Positions 28,389 to 38,339 are shown, counted from the stretch's first letter. The stretch: DNA of 64,000 nt from Roseateles aquae (GCF_032337115.1 NZ_JAVXZY010000003.1:211959-275958), one strand, 5' to 3'. Numbers and translations are program-made. The notes: generated by a model from the letters alone, not told the origin.

Positions 28389-29375
28389 ATGTCCTTCGGC
28401 GTCATCATCGATGTGGCCATCGGCCTGATCTTTGTCTACCTCTTGCTGGGCCTGGTCGGCTCGGCTGCGCAGGAGGCCTGTGCCAGCCTGTTGAACTGGC
28501 GCGGCAAGCATCTGCAGCAGGGCCTGCGCGCACTCTTGGCCCACGAGGGCTTTGGCGGCAAGGCCGGCAACTGGCTGTTCGAGGCGGTCAGCGGCCATGG
28601 CATGCTGTCCACGGCCGGCGGCACGCGGGCGCCGTCCTATGTGGCGGCCGGCAACTTCGGCATGGCGCTGATCGAGTCGCTGATGGATGGCTCGCAGGCG
28701 CCGGTGTTCACGCAGGTGGAACGCAGCGTCGCGCAGCTGCCCGCCGGGCGACTGAAGCAGGCGCTGACGGCGCTGCTGAACCAGGCGGGCGGGGATCTGG
28801 ACAAGTTCCGCGGTGGCGTCGAGCGCTGGTTTGACGACGGCATGGACCGCGTCAGCGGCGCCTACAAGCGCTTCTCGCAGAACTTCATGCTGATCTTCGG
28901 TTTCGTGATCGCCTTTGGCGGCAATTTCGACACCATCGAGATGACCAAGAAGCTCTGGGCCGACCCGGTCGCCCGCGCGCAGGTGATGGAACAGGCCAAG
29001 ACCTTTGCCAAGGAGCATCCGGATGGCGTGGCGCCGGCTCCTGCTGCGGCGGCGTCGAGCGTGGCGGCAGCGCAAGTCGCGAGTGGTGCGAGCGCTGCAG
29101 CGGCCAAGCCAGCCGCCGCCGAGCCCAAGTCGCTGCGCGACACCGTGGCGCCGGTGCAGGCGGCCTTTGATCCGGTCAAGCAGCTGCCGCTGCCTTTCGG
29201 CTGGCCCAATGGTTTTGACTGCGCGGCCTTCTGGTCGCTGAGCAAGCTGCTGGGCTGCGCGATCACCGCGCTGGCCGTCGCGCTGGGTGCGCCGTTCTGG
29301 TTCGACACGCTGCAGAAGTTCCTCAATCTGCGGGCGGCCGGGCCGAAGCCGGCGAAGTCGGACAGCGTGGCTTGA
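28389..29375 (+). CDS. Hypothetical membrane protein (3 TM, Ala-rich linker)
   Basis: Starts 22 nt after the previous stop, behind a GGAG RBS. N-terminal TM VIIDVAIGLIFVYLLLGLVG, a central TM, and a C-terminal TM. No family was recognised. Confidence 0.5.
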   Translation: MSFGVIIDVAIGLIFVYLLLGLVGSAAQEACASLLNWRGKHLQQGLRALLAHEGFGGKAGNWLFEAVSGHGMLSTAGGTRAPSYVAAGNFGMALIESLMDGSQAPVFTQVERSVAQLPAGRLKQALTALLNQAGGDLDKFRGGVERWFDDGMDRVSGAYKRFSQNFMLIFGFVIAFGGNFDTIEMTKKLWADPVARAQVMEQAKTFAKEHPDGVAPAPAAAASSVAAAQVASGASAAAAKPAAAEPKSLRDTVAPVQAAFDPVKQLPLPFGWPNGFDCAAFWSLSKLLGCAITALAVALGAPFWFDTLQKFLNLRAAGPKPAKSDSVA

Positions 29376-29393
29376 GCCTGGCGCAGGCGGGCC

Positions 29394-30851
29394 TCAGTGC
29401 TTGTGCGCCTCGGGCTGCAGCTTGCGCAGGGTGTCGGCCAGCTTGAGCGACTGGCGCAGCTCGGCCAGCGTGCCCGAGCGGCCATGCACGCCGACGATCA
29501 GCTGCACCGGCAGGGCCTCGCGCTGGATCAGCTGATCCAAGTCCTTGCTCATCGCGAAAGCGGCCGGCACCGGGCCGACATCGGGGATGTAGAACAGATC
29601 GCCCTGGAACAGCGCGCCGCAGGCACTGTCAAAGGCGACCAGTGATTCGTTGGCATGGCTGTTGGCCAGTGGCATCAGCCGGATGCGGCGGTCGCCAAGG
29701 TCCAGCTCATTGACCTCGCGCAGCTCGCTGACCCGCGCCGCCAGCGCCTCGCCGTGCTGGCGGCGTACAGCCTGCGTGGCCTCGGGGCCGGCCAGGATCT
29801 GCAACTGCTCGCTGGCGAAGGCCGGCAGCCCGGCAATGTGGTCACGGTGCGTGTGCGAGATGAGCACATGACTGACCGGCCGCCCCGGCGCCAGCTGCGC
29901 GATCTGCGCGCGCACCTGATTCGCCTCGGCAACGCTGACCGGCGCGTCATAAACGACGATGCCGCGCTCGCCGATCGAGAAGGCGCTGTGGTAAGACGAA
30001 GCCGCGCCATCTACGCGGTAGCAGCCCGGCCCGATGGGCGTGGCACGCAGACCGCTCGCAGCCGTGGCTTCCACATAGCCGGCCGGCAGATCGAACACCC
30101 CGGGCAGCGGACCGGCCATGGTTTGCGCCTGCAGCTGCCAGCGCACCAGCGTCTTCTCGGCGCGTGACTCGCTGATGCGGCGCGGCTGGCGCAGGCCATC
30201 GGCGAGCGGCTGGAAGTCGGCATAGTCATAGCGTCGGCTGGCGCTGATGGCGGCACGCGGCTCGCCCGTGCCGGCGTCCAGCAGCAGCTGGGCCGGGCGG
30301 CCGGCCAGATCCTTGAAGTCCAGCTGGCTCGCGCCCGCTGCGGGCCGAAGGCCCTGGCTGGCGGCCAGCTCCAGCAGCAGCGCCGGTGCGAGGAACTGCA
30401 GCTCGGCCAGATCGGCGCGTGCGGCCTCGGCGTTCTTGCGCAAGATCTCCGTGCCGTTGCGCCACTTCAGCAGGTCCACGGTCGCGCTGCCGTCGGGGCC
30501 GCCGGTCTGCAGAAAGCTGAACTGGATCGGGCCGGGGTACTGGCTGCCCGTCACCAGCCGGAAGCGGCCATCGCGATCCAGCAGCAGCGTCTGGCTGACG
30601 GGCACCGGCACCTCGGCCTGTGATGGCCGCGGCGCCTGCTCGCCGACCAGGCGCTCGCCGCTCATCGCCAGGCTCAGCAACTGCCAGCGGGCGGATGGGC
30701 TGGCCGCTTGCTGAACCGGCGTAGTGCCACTTGGCGCAGGCTCGGCTGCTGCGGCAGGCAGGCCGGCGAGGGCCAGGCAGACGGACAGTAGCTGGGGCAG
30801 CAGGCCGCCAGTCAGGCGGGGCGGGGCAGGCAGGCGTGAGAGGTGCTTCAT
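29394..30851 (-). CDS. Secreted MBL-fold metallo-hydrolase with an N-terminal domain of unknown function
   Basis: Signal peptide ...LALAGLPAAAAEP and the HxHxDH motif (ISHTHRDHIAG) in the C-terminal half. The start was trimmed to MKHLSRL. Confidence 0.65.
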   Translation of the reverse strand: MKHLSRLPAPPRLTGGLLPQLLSVCLALAGLPAAAAEPAPSGTTPVQQAASPSARWQLLSLAMSGERLVGEQAPRPSQAEVPVPVSQTLLLDRDGRFRLVTGSQYPGPIQFSFLQTGGPDGSATVDLLKWRNGTEILRKNAEAARADLAELQFLAPALLLELAASQGLRPAAGASQLDFKDLAGRPAQLLLDAGTGEPRAAISASRRYDYADFQPLADGLRQPRRISESRAEKTLVRWQLQAQTMAGPLPGVFDLPAGYVEATAASGLRATPIGPGCYRVDGAASSYHSAFSIGERGIVVYDAPVSVAEANQVRAQIAQLAPGRPVSHVLISHTHRDHIAGLPAFASEQLQILAGPEATQAVRRQHGEALAARVSELREVNELDLGDRRIRLMPLANSHANESLVAFDSACGALFQGDLFYIPDVGPVPAAFAMSKDLDQLIQREALPVQLIVGVHGRSGTLAELRQSLKLADTLRKLQPEAHKH

Positions 30852-31034
30852 GGTGGCGCCGATTATCTGCACCCGCTTCGCCTTGGCTCCGTGCTTGAAG
30901 TCAGCCCCCGCACTTACTTATGTGTTCCTGATGCAGCCGGGAGGACAAACGCGTCTGACGAGGCGGGAGCTGTGCCCACCTCGGGCGATGCAGCGGCGCC
31001 GGGCGGTGCCGCGCAGAACAACAGGAGGACAACA

Positions 31035-32966
31035 ATGAGTTTCGATTTCCTGGGCAGCAACGCTGTGCTGCTCTATGCACTGCTGGGCCTGGCCCTGCTG
31101 GCGCTGCTGGTGCTGGCCAGCGGCATGGTGCGCTACATCCCGAATGACCGCATCGGCGTGATCGAAAAGCTGTGGAGCGCGCATGGCTCGGTGCAGGCGG
31201 GCTTGCTGGCCATGCAGGGCGAGGCCGGCCTGCAGCCCGAGCTGCGCCGCGGCGGCTTTCATTTCTTCACCCCTTTCCAGTACCGCGTGCACATCCATCC
31301 GATGGTGTCCATCACCCAGGGCAAGATCGGCTATGTGTTTGCCCGCGACGGCATCGACCTGCCGGCTGGCCAGACCCTGGCCAGCAACGCCCAGACCGAT
31401 AACTTTCTCGATGTGCGCGCCTTCCTGCAGGGCGGCGGCCAGAAGGGCCCGCAACGCAAGGTGCTGCGCGAAGGCACCCACATCATCAACCCGGCGCTGT
31501 TCGTGGTGATGAGCGAGGAAACCACCTACGCGCTGAATATGGACGCGCAGGAGCGGGCCTATTACGACCGCATGCGCGAGCTGCTCGACGAACGCCAGGC
31601 CTTCACCCCGGTGGTGATCAAGGAGAAGAGCGGCACGCATGAGTCGGACCAGCTGGCCATCGTCACCGTGCAGGACGGCCCGGCGCTGTCGCGCGACGAG
31701 CTGCTGGCGCCCGATGTGGGCGATGCGCACAACAGCTTCCAGGAGCCGGAGCGCTTTCTCGCTGCCGGTGGCCGCCGCGGCCGCCAGGAGCGGGTGCTGG
31801 TCGAAGGCACGTACTACATCAACCGGCTCTTCGCAACGGTGGAGTTCATCAGCAAGACCATCATCCCGGTCGGCTTTGTCGGCGTGGTCGTGTCCTACAC
31901 CGGCAGCCGCGGCGAGGATGTGTCGGGCAGCGAGTACAGCCATGGCGAGCTGGTCAACGCCGGCTGCCGCGGTGTCTGGCGCGAGCCGCTGATGCCCGGC
32001 AAGTACGCCTTCAACACCTATGCCGGCAAGATCGAGCTGGTGCCGACGACCAATTTCGTGCTGATGTGGAAAAGCGGCGAGAGCGGCTCCAGTTTCGACT
32101 CGAACCTGCGCGAGATCACGCTGATCACCAAGGATGCCTTCGAGCCGCAGCTGCCGTTGTCGGTCGTCGTGCACATCGACTACCGCAAGGCGCCGATGGT
32201 GGTGCAGCGCTTTGGCAATGTGAAGCAGCTGGTCGAGCAGACATTGGACCCGATGGTGTCCAGCTACTTCAAGAATGTGTCGCAGACGCACACCTTCATC
32301 GAGCTGATCCAGTCGCGTTCGGAGCTGCAGACCAATGCCTCGCGCGATATGCGCGAACGCTTCCTGGCCTATTCGCTGGAGTTCCAGGAGGTGCTGATCG
32401 GCACGCCGCGCCCGCAAGCCGGCGACCACAAGATCGAGGCCATCATGGCCCAGCTGCGCGACCGCCAGATCGCCCGCGAGCAGGTCGAGACCTTTGCGCA
32501 AAAGGAGATCGCCGCCAACAAGCAGCGCGAGTTGAATGAGGCCGAGAAGCGGGCCGAGAAGCAGGCCGAGCTGACGGCGTCGCTGGTCGACATCTCGATC
32601 AAGGAGAACCAGGGCGCCGCCGCCGTCAAGGCCGCGGAAAAGAAGCGTCAGGAGATCGAGGCCTTGGCCCAGGCCGACCGCTTCCGCCAGGAGGCCGAGG
32701 GTCAGGGCCGTGCGGCTGCCATCCGCTCGGTCGGCGAGGCCGAAGGCGCGGCCATCCAGGCCAAGTCAGACGCCTTGCAGGGCGAGGGCGCCGACAAGCA
32801 GCTGATGCAGACGGTGATGCTGCGCCTGGCCGAGGCCTTCGAGGCGGCCAAGGTGCCGCTGGTGCCGCAGATCCAGCTCGGTGCTCAGTCCGATGGCGGC
32901 AATGCCTTCGGCACCTTGCTGGGCCTGATGAGCGCGCTCAAGGCGCAGGAACTGCGCCGCGATTGA
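31035..32966 (+). CDS. Flotillin-family (SPFH/band-7, YqiK-like) membrane protein
   Basis: The RBS AGGAGGA precedes ATG at 31035. An N-terminal TM is followed by an SPFH domain and a long charged EA-rich coiled-coil C-terminus (AEKRAEKQAELTASL..., AEKKRQEIEALAQADRFRQEAEGQGRAAA). Confidence 0.8.
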   Translation: MSFDFLGSNAVLLYALLGLALLALLVLASGMVRYIPNDRIGVIEKLWSAHGSVQAGLLAMQGEAGLQPELRRGGFHFFTPFQYRVHIHPMVSITQGKIGYVFARDGIDLPAGQTLASNAQTDNFLDVRAFLQGGGQKGPQRKVLREGTHIINPALFVVMSEETTYALNMDAQERAYYDRMRELLDERQAFTPVVIKEKSGTHESDQLAIVTVQDGPALSRDELLAPDVGDAHNSFQEPERFLAAGGRRGRQERVLVEGTYYINRLFATVEFISKTIIPVGFVGVVVSYTGSRGEDVSGSEYSHGELVNAGCRGVWREPLMPGKYAFNTYAGKIELVPTTNFVLMWKSGESGSSFDSNLREITLITKDAFEPQLPLSVVVHIDYRKAPMVVQRFGNVKQLVEQTLDPMVSSYFKNVSQTHTFIELIQSRSELQTNASRDMRERFLAYSLEFQEVLIGTPRPQAGDHKIEAIMAQLRDRQIAREQVETFAQKEIAANKQRELNEAEKRAEKQAELTASLVDISIKENQGAAAVKAAEKKRQEIEALAQADRFRQEAEGQGRAAAIRSVGEAEGAAIQAKSDALQGEGADKQLMQTVMLRLAEAFEAAKVPLVPQIQLGAQSDGGNAFGTLLGLMSALKAQELRRD

Positions 32967-32985
32967 GTGCGCGACCGGCGCCTGC

Positions 32986-33444
32986 TCAGCGCTTGACGAT
33001 GTCACGGTGCATCGGTGCCAGCAGCGCCAGCAGGCGGTTCTGGGTGGCAAAGGGGATCTGCGCGGCGTCCATCGCCGCCTGCAGGTCCTCGACCACGGCG
33101 TTGAAGTCGCCCGCCTTGATTGCCATATCGGCGTGCACCGCCTTCATCGCGCCGCCCTCGTAGGTGCAGGGGCCGCCGCTGGCCGCGCAGAGTTGGTCGC
33201 TCAGTTGCTCGACCAGGTTCTTGGCGTTGGCGTCCTTGAAAAAATGCTTGATGCGCGGATCGGCGAACAGCCGCGGCACCACGTCGGCGCTAAGCCGCGC
33301 AATGCCCTCGCGGCCGCCCAAGGCCTGGAACAACTCATCCGGCCGGGGCTGGGCGCCGGCGTTCATGCCGATCAGCAGGGCGCTGATGGCGCTGATGGCA
33401 GTGGCGTGGGCGTGTCCTTGCAGCGTCAATGGGAGCTCCGTCAA
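32986..33444 (-). CDS. Group-I truncated haemoglobin (trHbN-like) with an N-terminal extension
   Basis: 2/2-Hb motifs ELFQALGGREGIARL...F...Y.GG and the proximal region MKAVHADMAI. The 30-aa hydrophobic N-terminal extension may be a signal or anchor. Confidence 0.65.
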   Translation of the reverse strand: MTELPLTLQGHAHATAISAISALLIGMNAGAQPRPDELFQALGGREGIARLSADVVPRLFADPRIKHFFKDANAKNLVEQLSDQLCAASGGPCTYEGGAMKAVHADMAIKAGDFNAVVEDLQAAMDAAQIPFATQNRLLALLAPMHRDIVKR

Positions 33445-33471
33445 TCATCTGGCGCAGCCCCGGATGCTGAA

Positions 33472-33918
33472 TCACCAGCTGCCGACATTGGGCATCGAGG
33501 CCCAGGGTTCGGCCGGGGGCAGGGCGGGGCCGTCCTGCAGCAGTTCCACCGAGATGTTATCGGGCGAGCGCACAAATGCCATGCGGCCATCGCGCGGCGG
33601 GCGTGAAATCGTCACGCCGTGGTCGGCCAGGCGCTGGCAGGCCGCATAGATATCGGGCACGGCATAGGCCAGATGGCCGAAGTTGCGCCCGCCGGTATAG
33701 GTCTCGGCCTTGCCATCGGCATCGGGCCAGTTGTAGGTCAGCTCCAGCTGGGGCTGGAAGCGGCCGGCTTCATCGCCAGGGGCGGCCAGGTAGACCAGGG
33801 TGAAGCGGCCGGCCTCATGCTCGGTACGGCGCACCTCGACCAGGCCGAGGGCATCGCGATAGAAGGTCAGGCTCTGGTCCAGATCGGTGACGCGCACCAT
33901 CGTGTGCAGGTATTTCAT
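33472..33918 (-). CDS. gloA: Lactoylglutathione lyase (glyoxalase I, VOC family)
   Basis: [25 protein letters not shown]...LELTYNW....Y..G..FGHLAY...DI parallels E. coli GloA end-to-end. Confidence 0.8.
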   Translation of the reverse strand: MKYLHTMVRVTDLDQSLTFYRDALGLVEVRRTEHEAGRFTLVYLAAPGDEAGRFQPQLELTYNWPDADGKAETYTGGRNFGHLAYAVPDIYAACQRLADHGVTISRPPRDGRMAFVRSPDNISVELLQDGPALPPAEPWASMPNVGSW

Positions 33919-33927
33919 CATTGCGTT

Positions 33928-35130
33928 TCAAGACTCCGTGCGGGGTGCCGCCATTGTGGCCGCAGCAGCCAGGGCTTGCCGGTCCGGGGTCTTGCGGCGA
34001 TCTGGCACGCCCATCAACAGTCGCAGCACCGGCACCTGGCGTACCGCCAGATAGCCCAGCGCGCTGAGCGCCAGCGTCAACACGATCAGCAGCGGGCCCT
34101 CCAGCGCGGCCGGCCAGTGCAGCGGCAGCAGCAGGCGGGTCAGCAGCACGATCAGGGTCTGGTGCAGGATGTAGACGCAGAACACGCCGTCGCTGAGCGG
34201 CTGGCGCCAAGCGCTGTCTGCATCCAGATGCTGGCGGGCAAAGCCGCAGGCGGCCATCAGGCAGCACCATTGCATGGTGCCGTAGACGACTCGCATGAAG
34301 AGGCGCAGCGCCATCGGCGGCTCGACATCCGCATAGACCTTGAAGTAGGCCTGCACCGCCAGCCAGGCGATCAGCGCCAGGGCGAGCGCCGGCCAGCGGG
34401 CTCGTTGCGCCTGCGCCCACAAGCTGCTGCGGGCAGCCAGCAGGCCGATCAGGAACAGGCTGAGGTACTGCGCGTGGTTGTACCAGTCCCAGCTCAGGTT
34501 GTGAGTGCTTTCAAACAGTGGGGCGAGGTTGCGTGCGGCGATCAGCGGCAACGCGCCGACGATCAGCAGCTGCCAGCGGCTGGCACCCTCAATCCACTCG
34601 CTGAACCGCTCGCTGAGCCGGGGCCAGGCCTTCAGCAGCGCCCAGCCGATCAGGCTGTAGACCCACAGATAGGGCAGGAACCAGAGGTGGTTCCAGGTCG
34701 GCAGGCTCAGGCAGTGCCCGTCCTTGCAGAAGCCGTGATAGGCGCGCAGATACAGGCCCATGAAGTCCAGGTAGCTGCCTTCGTAGGCCACCTTGGTGAC
34801 GACCTCGTAGTAGGCCTGTGGCGGCACGATCACCAGCATGCCGAACAACAGGGGCCAGAGCAGGCGCTTGCTGCGTGAGCGCACAAAGCCGGGGCCGCGC
34901 TGCATCAGGCCGGCGCTGGCGGCGCCAGCAATCAGGAACAAGAGGCCCATGCGCCATGGTGAGCTGAGCGCCATCAGCGGCTCCAGCGCCGGGATGATCT
35001 CGCTGCTCTTCACATGCCAGTCCCAGGGCACGTAGTACATGCCGACGTGGTAGGGCACGAGCAGCGCGAAGGCCAGGATGCGCAGCCAGTCCAGGAAGTA
35101 CTGGCGGCCTTGAGTGGTGCTTGTGTTCAT
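33928..35130 (-). CDS. Acyltransferase family 3 (OpgC-like) integral membrane protein
   Basis: Multi-TM protein with the acyltransferase-3 N-terminal motif LDWLRILAFALLVPYHVGMYY. The start was trimmed to MNTSTT. Confidence 0.7.
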   Translation of the reverse strand: MNTSTTQGRQYFLDWLRILAFALLVPYHVGMYYVPWDWHVKSSEIIPALEPLMALSSPWRMGLLFLIAGAASAGLMQRGPGFVRSRSKRLLWPLLFGMLVIVPPQAYYEVVTKVAYEGSYLDFMGLYLRAYHGFCKDGHCLSLPTWNHLWFLPYLWVYSLIGWALLKAWPRLSERFSEWIEGASRWQLLIVGALPLIAARNLAPLFESTHNLSWDWYNHAQYLSLFLIGLLAARSSLWAQAQRARWPALALALIAWLAVQAYFKVYADVEPPMALRLFMRVVYGTMQWCCLMAACGFARQHLDADSAWRQPLSDGVFCVYILHQTLIVLLTRLLLPLHWPAALEGPLLIVLTLALSALGYLAVRQVPVLRLLMGVPDRRKTPDRQALAAAATMAAPRTES

Positions 35131-35265
35131 GGGGCGGATGATCGCCTCGCCCGGAGTCGGCGCCCAGCGGCCGGTGGCGAGTTGCATGCAGGCTGGGGCG
35201 AATCGCAGGGGCCCTCGTTTCGACTACAGTGCTGGCCGCTACGTAGGGAGAGCCCGGTGAGAAGA

Positions 35266-35808
35266 ATGTCTACAGCGCTGCTGCTGCTGAGCCTGATGTA
35301 CCCGCTGTGTGCGCAGGCGCAGTCGAACGACTGTGCTGCGCTGCTGCGCGAGCATCTGAAGACCGATCTGACGCTCAGCGTCCAGGCCTTTGACCAGACC
35401 GAGGGCCAGGGTTTCCGTGCTCTGGCCGAGGGCGCGCTCTGCGCCCGCGAGGCCGGCGACCTGATCGAAGCCTATATCGCCGCCACGGGCGCCAAGGCCT
35501 CGTCCCTGCGCTGGCATCTGGCCCAGATGCGCGCCACCCAGGGTGATAGCGAGGCGGCCATACGCGCCGCGCGAACGGTGCTGGACGAGCCCAAGGACCG
35601 TCAGCCTGGCCAACTGCGCTGGAACGACTATGTGCTGGCCACGATCGCATTTCTGGAGCGGGATCGCGAGGCGCTGCAACGCCACCGGGATGCAGTGGCG
35701 GCCGGTCGCGAGGAGCATTTCGGCAATGCGCTGAACCTGAAGCTGTTGGACGCGCTGCTGAGCCACTACGAGCGAAGCTATGCCTACGCGACGGCGCACA
35801 TCGAGTGA
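35266..35808 (+). CDS. Hypothetical secreted protein
   Basis: Signal peptide MSTALLLLSLMYPLCAQAQS. 180 aa, no family recognised. An alternative GTG start lies at 35257. Confidence 0.5.
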   Translation: MSTALLLLSLMYPLCAQAQSNDCAALLREHLKTDLTLSVQAFDQTEGQGFRALAEGALCAREAGDLIEAYIAATGAKASSLRWHLAQMRATQGDSEAAIRAARTVLDEPKDRQPGQLRWNDYVLATIAFLERDREALQRHRDAVAAGREEHFGNALNLKLLDALLSHYERSYAYATAHIE

Positions 35809-35845
35809 GGCACCGAGGCCGCTGCGCGCCTAGGAGGTGCCTTCC

Positions 35846-36577
35846 TCAGCCGCGCAACTGCTCGCGGTAGCCGCGCGAGACGCGCAGCGTCTGGCCGCTG
35901 GAGAGCGTCAGCTCGGCCTCGCCATGGGGCAGCGGCTGGATGCGCTGGATGTGCGCGGCGTTCACCGCATGGCAGCGGTGCACGCGCACAAAGCCCTGCG
36001 CGGCCGGCTGTGCCAGGAAGCTGGCCAGGCTGCGCCGCTCCAGGTAGTGCTGCGGCGGTGCGTGCAGCTCGATGTAGTTGTCGGCGGCCGCCACCCATTC
36101 GATCGCGGAGATTGGCAGCTTGACGAGCGCACCGCGCTGTTCGACCAGCCAGTGCGCGTCGATAGGCTGCTGCTGCTGCAAGGCGCTGCGCAGGCCGGCG
36201 CCGGCAGCGGCCGCCGCCTCGGGGCGCAGCAGCTGTTGGCGCAGTCGCTGCAGCGCGGCGGCCAGGCGCTCCGGCGTGTAGGGTTTGAGCAGGTAGTCGG
36301 CGGCGCCGAGGTCGAAGGCCTGCAGCGCATGGGCCTGGTGCGCGGTGCAGAACACCCAGGCCAGGCCGGTGGGCAGCTGCTGCGCGAGCGACAGGCCATC
36401 AAGGCCGGGCATCTCGATGTCCAGGAACGCGCCATCGAAGCGCTCGCGCTGCAACAGCGCCAGCGCGCTCAGGCCGTCGGCGGCCTCGACCAGCTCGGTA
36501 ATGCCCGGCTGCGCCTGCAGCAGGCGGCGCAGCTTGGCGCGCGCCGGGGCTTCGTCATCGATCAGCAGCAGTCGCAT
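35846..36577 (-). CDS. LytTR-family response regulator (LytR/AlgR type)
   Basis: REC domain (LLIDDE...FLDIEMPGLDGL...VFCTAH) plus a C-terminal LytTR DNA-binding domain. Confidence 0.8.
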   Translation of the reverse strand: MRLLLIDDEAPARAKLRRLLQAQPGITELVEAADGLSALALLQRERFDGAFLDIEMPGLDGLSLAQQLPTGLAWVFCTAHQAHALQAFDLGAADYLLKPYTPERLAAALQRLRQQLLRPEAAAAAGAGLRSALQQQQPIDAHWLVEQRGALVKLPISAIEWVAAADNYIELHAPPQHYLERRSLASFLAQPAAQGFVRVHRCHAVNAAHIQRIQPLPHGEAELTLSSGQTLRVSRGYREQLRG

Positions 36578-37697
36578 CGTTCGTCGGAGTCATGGTCGAG
36601 GGAAGATCCAGCAGCAGCTCGCTGCCGCCCTCGGGCGCGGCACCGAAATGCAGAGCCGCTGCATCGCCATAAGCGGCCTGCAGCCGGGCGCGCAGATTGG
36701 GCAGGCCGATGCTGCCTTCGCGCGAAAGCCGCTGTGGCGCCGTGCCGCTGTTGTGAACGCGGAGTTTCAACCGATCACCATCAGGGCTCGTTGGTCCAGT
36801 TTCGCACCAGGCCCGCAGGCTGACGCAGCTGTTCTGCAGGGCCTGGGCCACGTCGTGCTTGATCGCGTTCTCCAGCGGCGTGATCAGCAGCAGCGCCGGC
36901 AGCCGGCAGCGCCGCGCGTCCGGCGCGATGTCCAGCTGCACCTGCAGGCGCTCGCCAAAGCGCGCCTGCATGATCTCCAGAAACGGCTGCACCAGCGTCA
37001 GTTCTTCGTCCAGGCTGTGCCAGCCCTGGCGCTCGGCGTCGAGTGCCTGGCGCAGCAAGGTGGCCAGCTGGCAGAGGATGCGATCGGCTTTGGCGACATC
37101 CTCATACATCACCGAGGAGATCAGGTTCAGCGTGTTGAACAGAAAGTGCGGTTGCACCTGCTCGGCGAGCCGCGCAAAACGCGCCTCGGCCAGCTCCTGC
37201 TGCAGGCGCTGCAGCTGCAAGGCCTGGCGCTGGCTGCTGAAGAACAGATGGATGCCGTGGCAGATGACGACGAAGAGACCGTAGGCGACCAGATCCTTGC
37301 CCAGCTCATAGCTGAGCACGTTGGCGGCAGAGCCGGGGTGGTACTCGACCCCAACAACAGCGTAGACAGCGAAACGGATCGCGAACATGCCGCCGACATG
37401 CGCGAAGAAGTAGACCGCAGCGCCGAGCGCATGGCGGCCGATCTGCAGCAGCCGCGGCCGACCCAGGCCCGCCACATGCCAACGGTACAGCGCAACGCCT
37501 AGCAGCCCGTTGCACAGCAGCGAGCTGAGCTCCCACAAGAATGGCTCCCAGGGGTGGGGGCCGCCGTGCTCCAGATAGCGCTGCAGCTGCGGCGCGGTCA
37601 GCAGCAGGCCGAAGACCAGCAGCGTGGCGGCGTAGGCGAGCCAGAGGCGCAGGCGCTGAGCGCTCTCCGGCAGCGGTGAAGGTGTAGGGCTTGGCAT
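36555..37697 (-). CDS. LytS/YehU-type sensor histidine kinase (5TM-His_kinase-HATPase)
   Basis: N-terminal TM helices, the histidine region FLFNTLNLISSVMYED and the HATPase motifs. Its end overlaps the response-regulator start by 23 nt. Confidence 0.75.
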   Translation of the reverse strand: MPSPTPSPLPESAQRLRLWLAYAATLLVFGLLLTAPQLQRYLEHGGPHPWEPFLWELSSLLCNGLLGVALYRWHVAGLGRPRLLQIGRHALGAAVYFFAHVGGMFAIRFAVYAVVGVEYHPGSAANVLSYELGKDLVAYGLFVVICHGIHLFFSSQRQALQLQRLQQELAEARFARLAEQVQPHFLFNTLNLISSVMYEDVAKADRILCQLATLLRQALDAERQGWHSLDEELTLVQPFLEIMQARFGERLQVQLDIAPDARRCRLPALLLITPLENAIKHDVAQALQNSCVSLRAWCETGPTSPDGDRLKLRVHNSGTAPQRLSREGSIGLPNLRARLQAAYGDAAALHFGAAPEGGSELLLDLPSTMTPTNDATAADR

Positions 37698-37783
37698 GAT
37701 GTGCCCGGCACGATATCAGCCTTGCGCCTGGCCGCGCGGGCGGCTGGCCCCGCCTGTGGCTCAGTTCGCCACAAGACGCGGGA

Positions 37784-38245
37784 TCAATCCTCGTCGACCG
37801 GTTCTTGCAAGCCGCCCAGCCGGGCGATCGTGGCGTCCAGCACCGCATAAAGCTGCTCCAGCTCCTCGGCGCCCAGGCGCGCCTCGATCTCGCGGTACTG
37901 CGCTTCCATGCCCTCACGCATGGCCTCGAACAAGGCCTCGGCGCGGGGCAAGAGGGCGATGCGGAACTTGCGCTGGTCCTCGATCAGGCGGCTGCGGCTG
38001 ATCAGCGCGGCGGCTTCCATCCGCGTCAGCATGCCGCTGAGGCTGGGGCCGTGCAGCGAACACAGATCGGCCAGCTTGGTGGTTTCCATCGGCCCTTGCG
38101 CCTTCAGTGCGCGGATGACCCGCCACTGCTGTTCACTGACGCCATGTTCGCGCAGCAGCGGCCGGAAGTAGCCCATCACCGTCTCACGGGTCTGCATCAG
38201 CAGCAGGGGCAGGCTGCGGCGGGAGCTGGCGGGGGCTTTGGACAT
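37784..38245 (-). CDS. hpaR: MarR-family regulator, homoprotocatechuate operon repressor-like
   Basis: MarR wHTH (QQWRVIRALKAQGPMETTKLADLCSLHGPSLSGMLTRME). It is divergent from the hpa meta-cleavage operon, as in E. coli hpaR. Confidence 0.7.
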   Translation of the reverse strand: MSKAPASSRRSLPLLLMQTRETVMGYFRPLLREHGVSEQQWRVIRALKAQGPMETTKLADLCSLHGPSLSGMLTRMEAAALISRSRLIEDQRKFRIALLPRAEALFEAMREGMEAQYREIEARLGAEELEQLYAVLDATIARLGGLQEPVDED

Positions 38246-38339
38246 GCGGCTTGCGGTGGCGGAAAACGGGTTTTATGATAATACTTAACTTATTAAATAA
38301 ATAAACCGCCGGACACCCAGGTGCGCGGCAAACCGAGAC
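38246..38339. promoter_or_regulatory. AT-rich divergent promoter/operator region between hpaR and hpaG1
   Basis: The tract TTTTATGATAATACTTAACTTATTAAATAAATAAA lies within a genome of about 68% GC. Confidence 0.45.
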
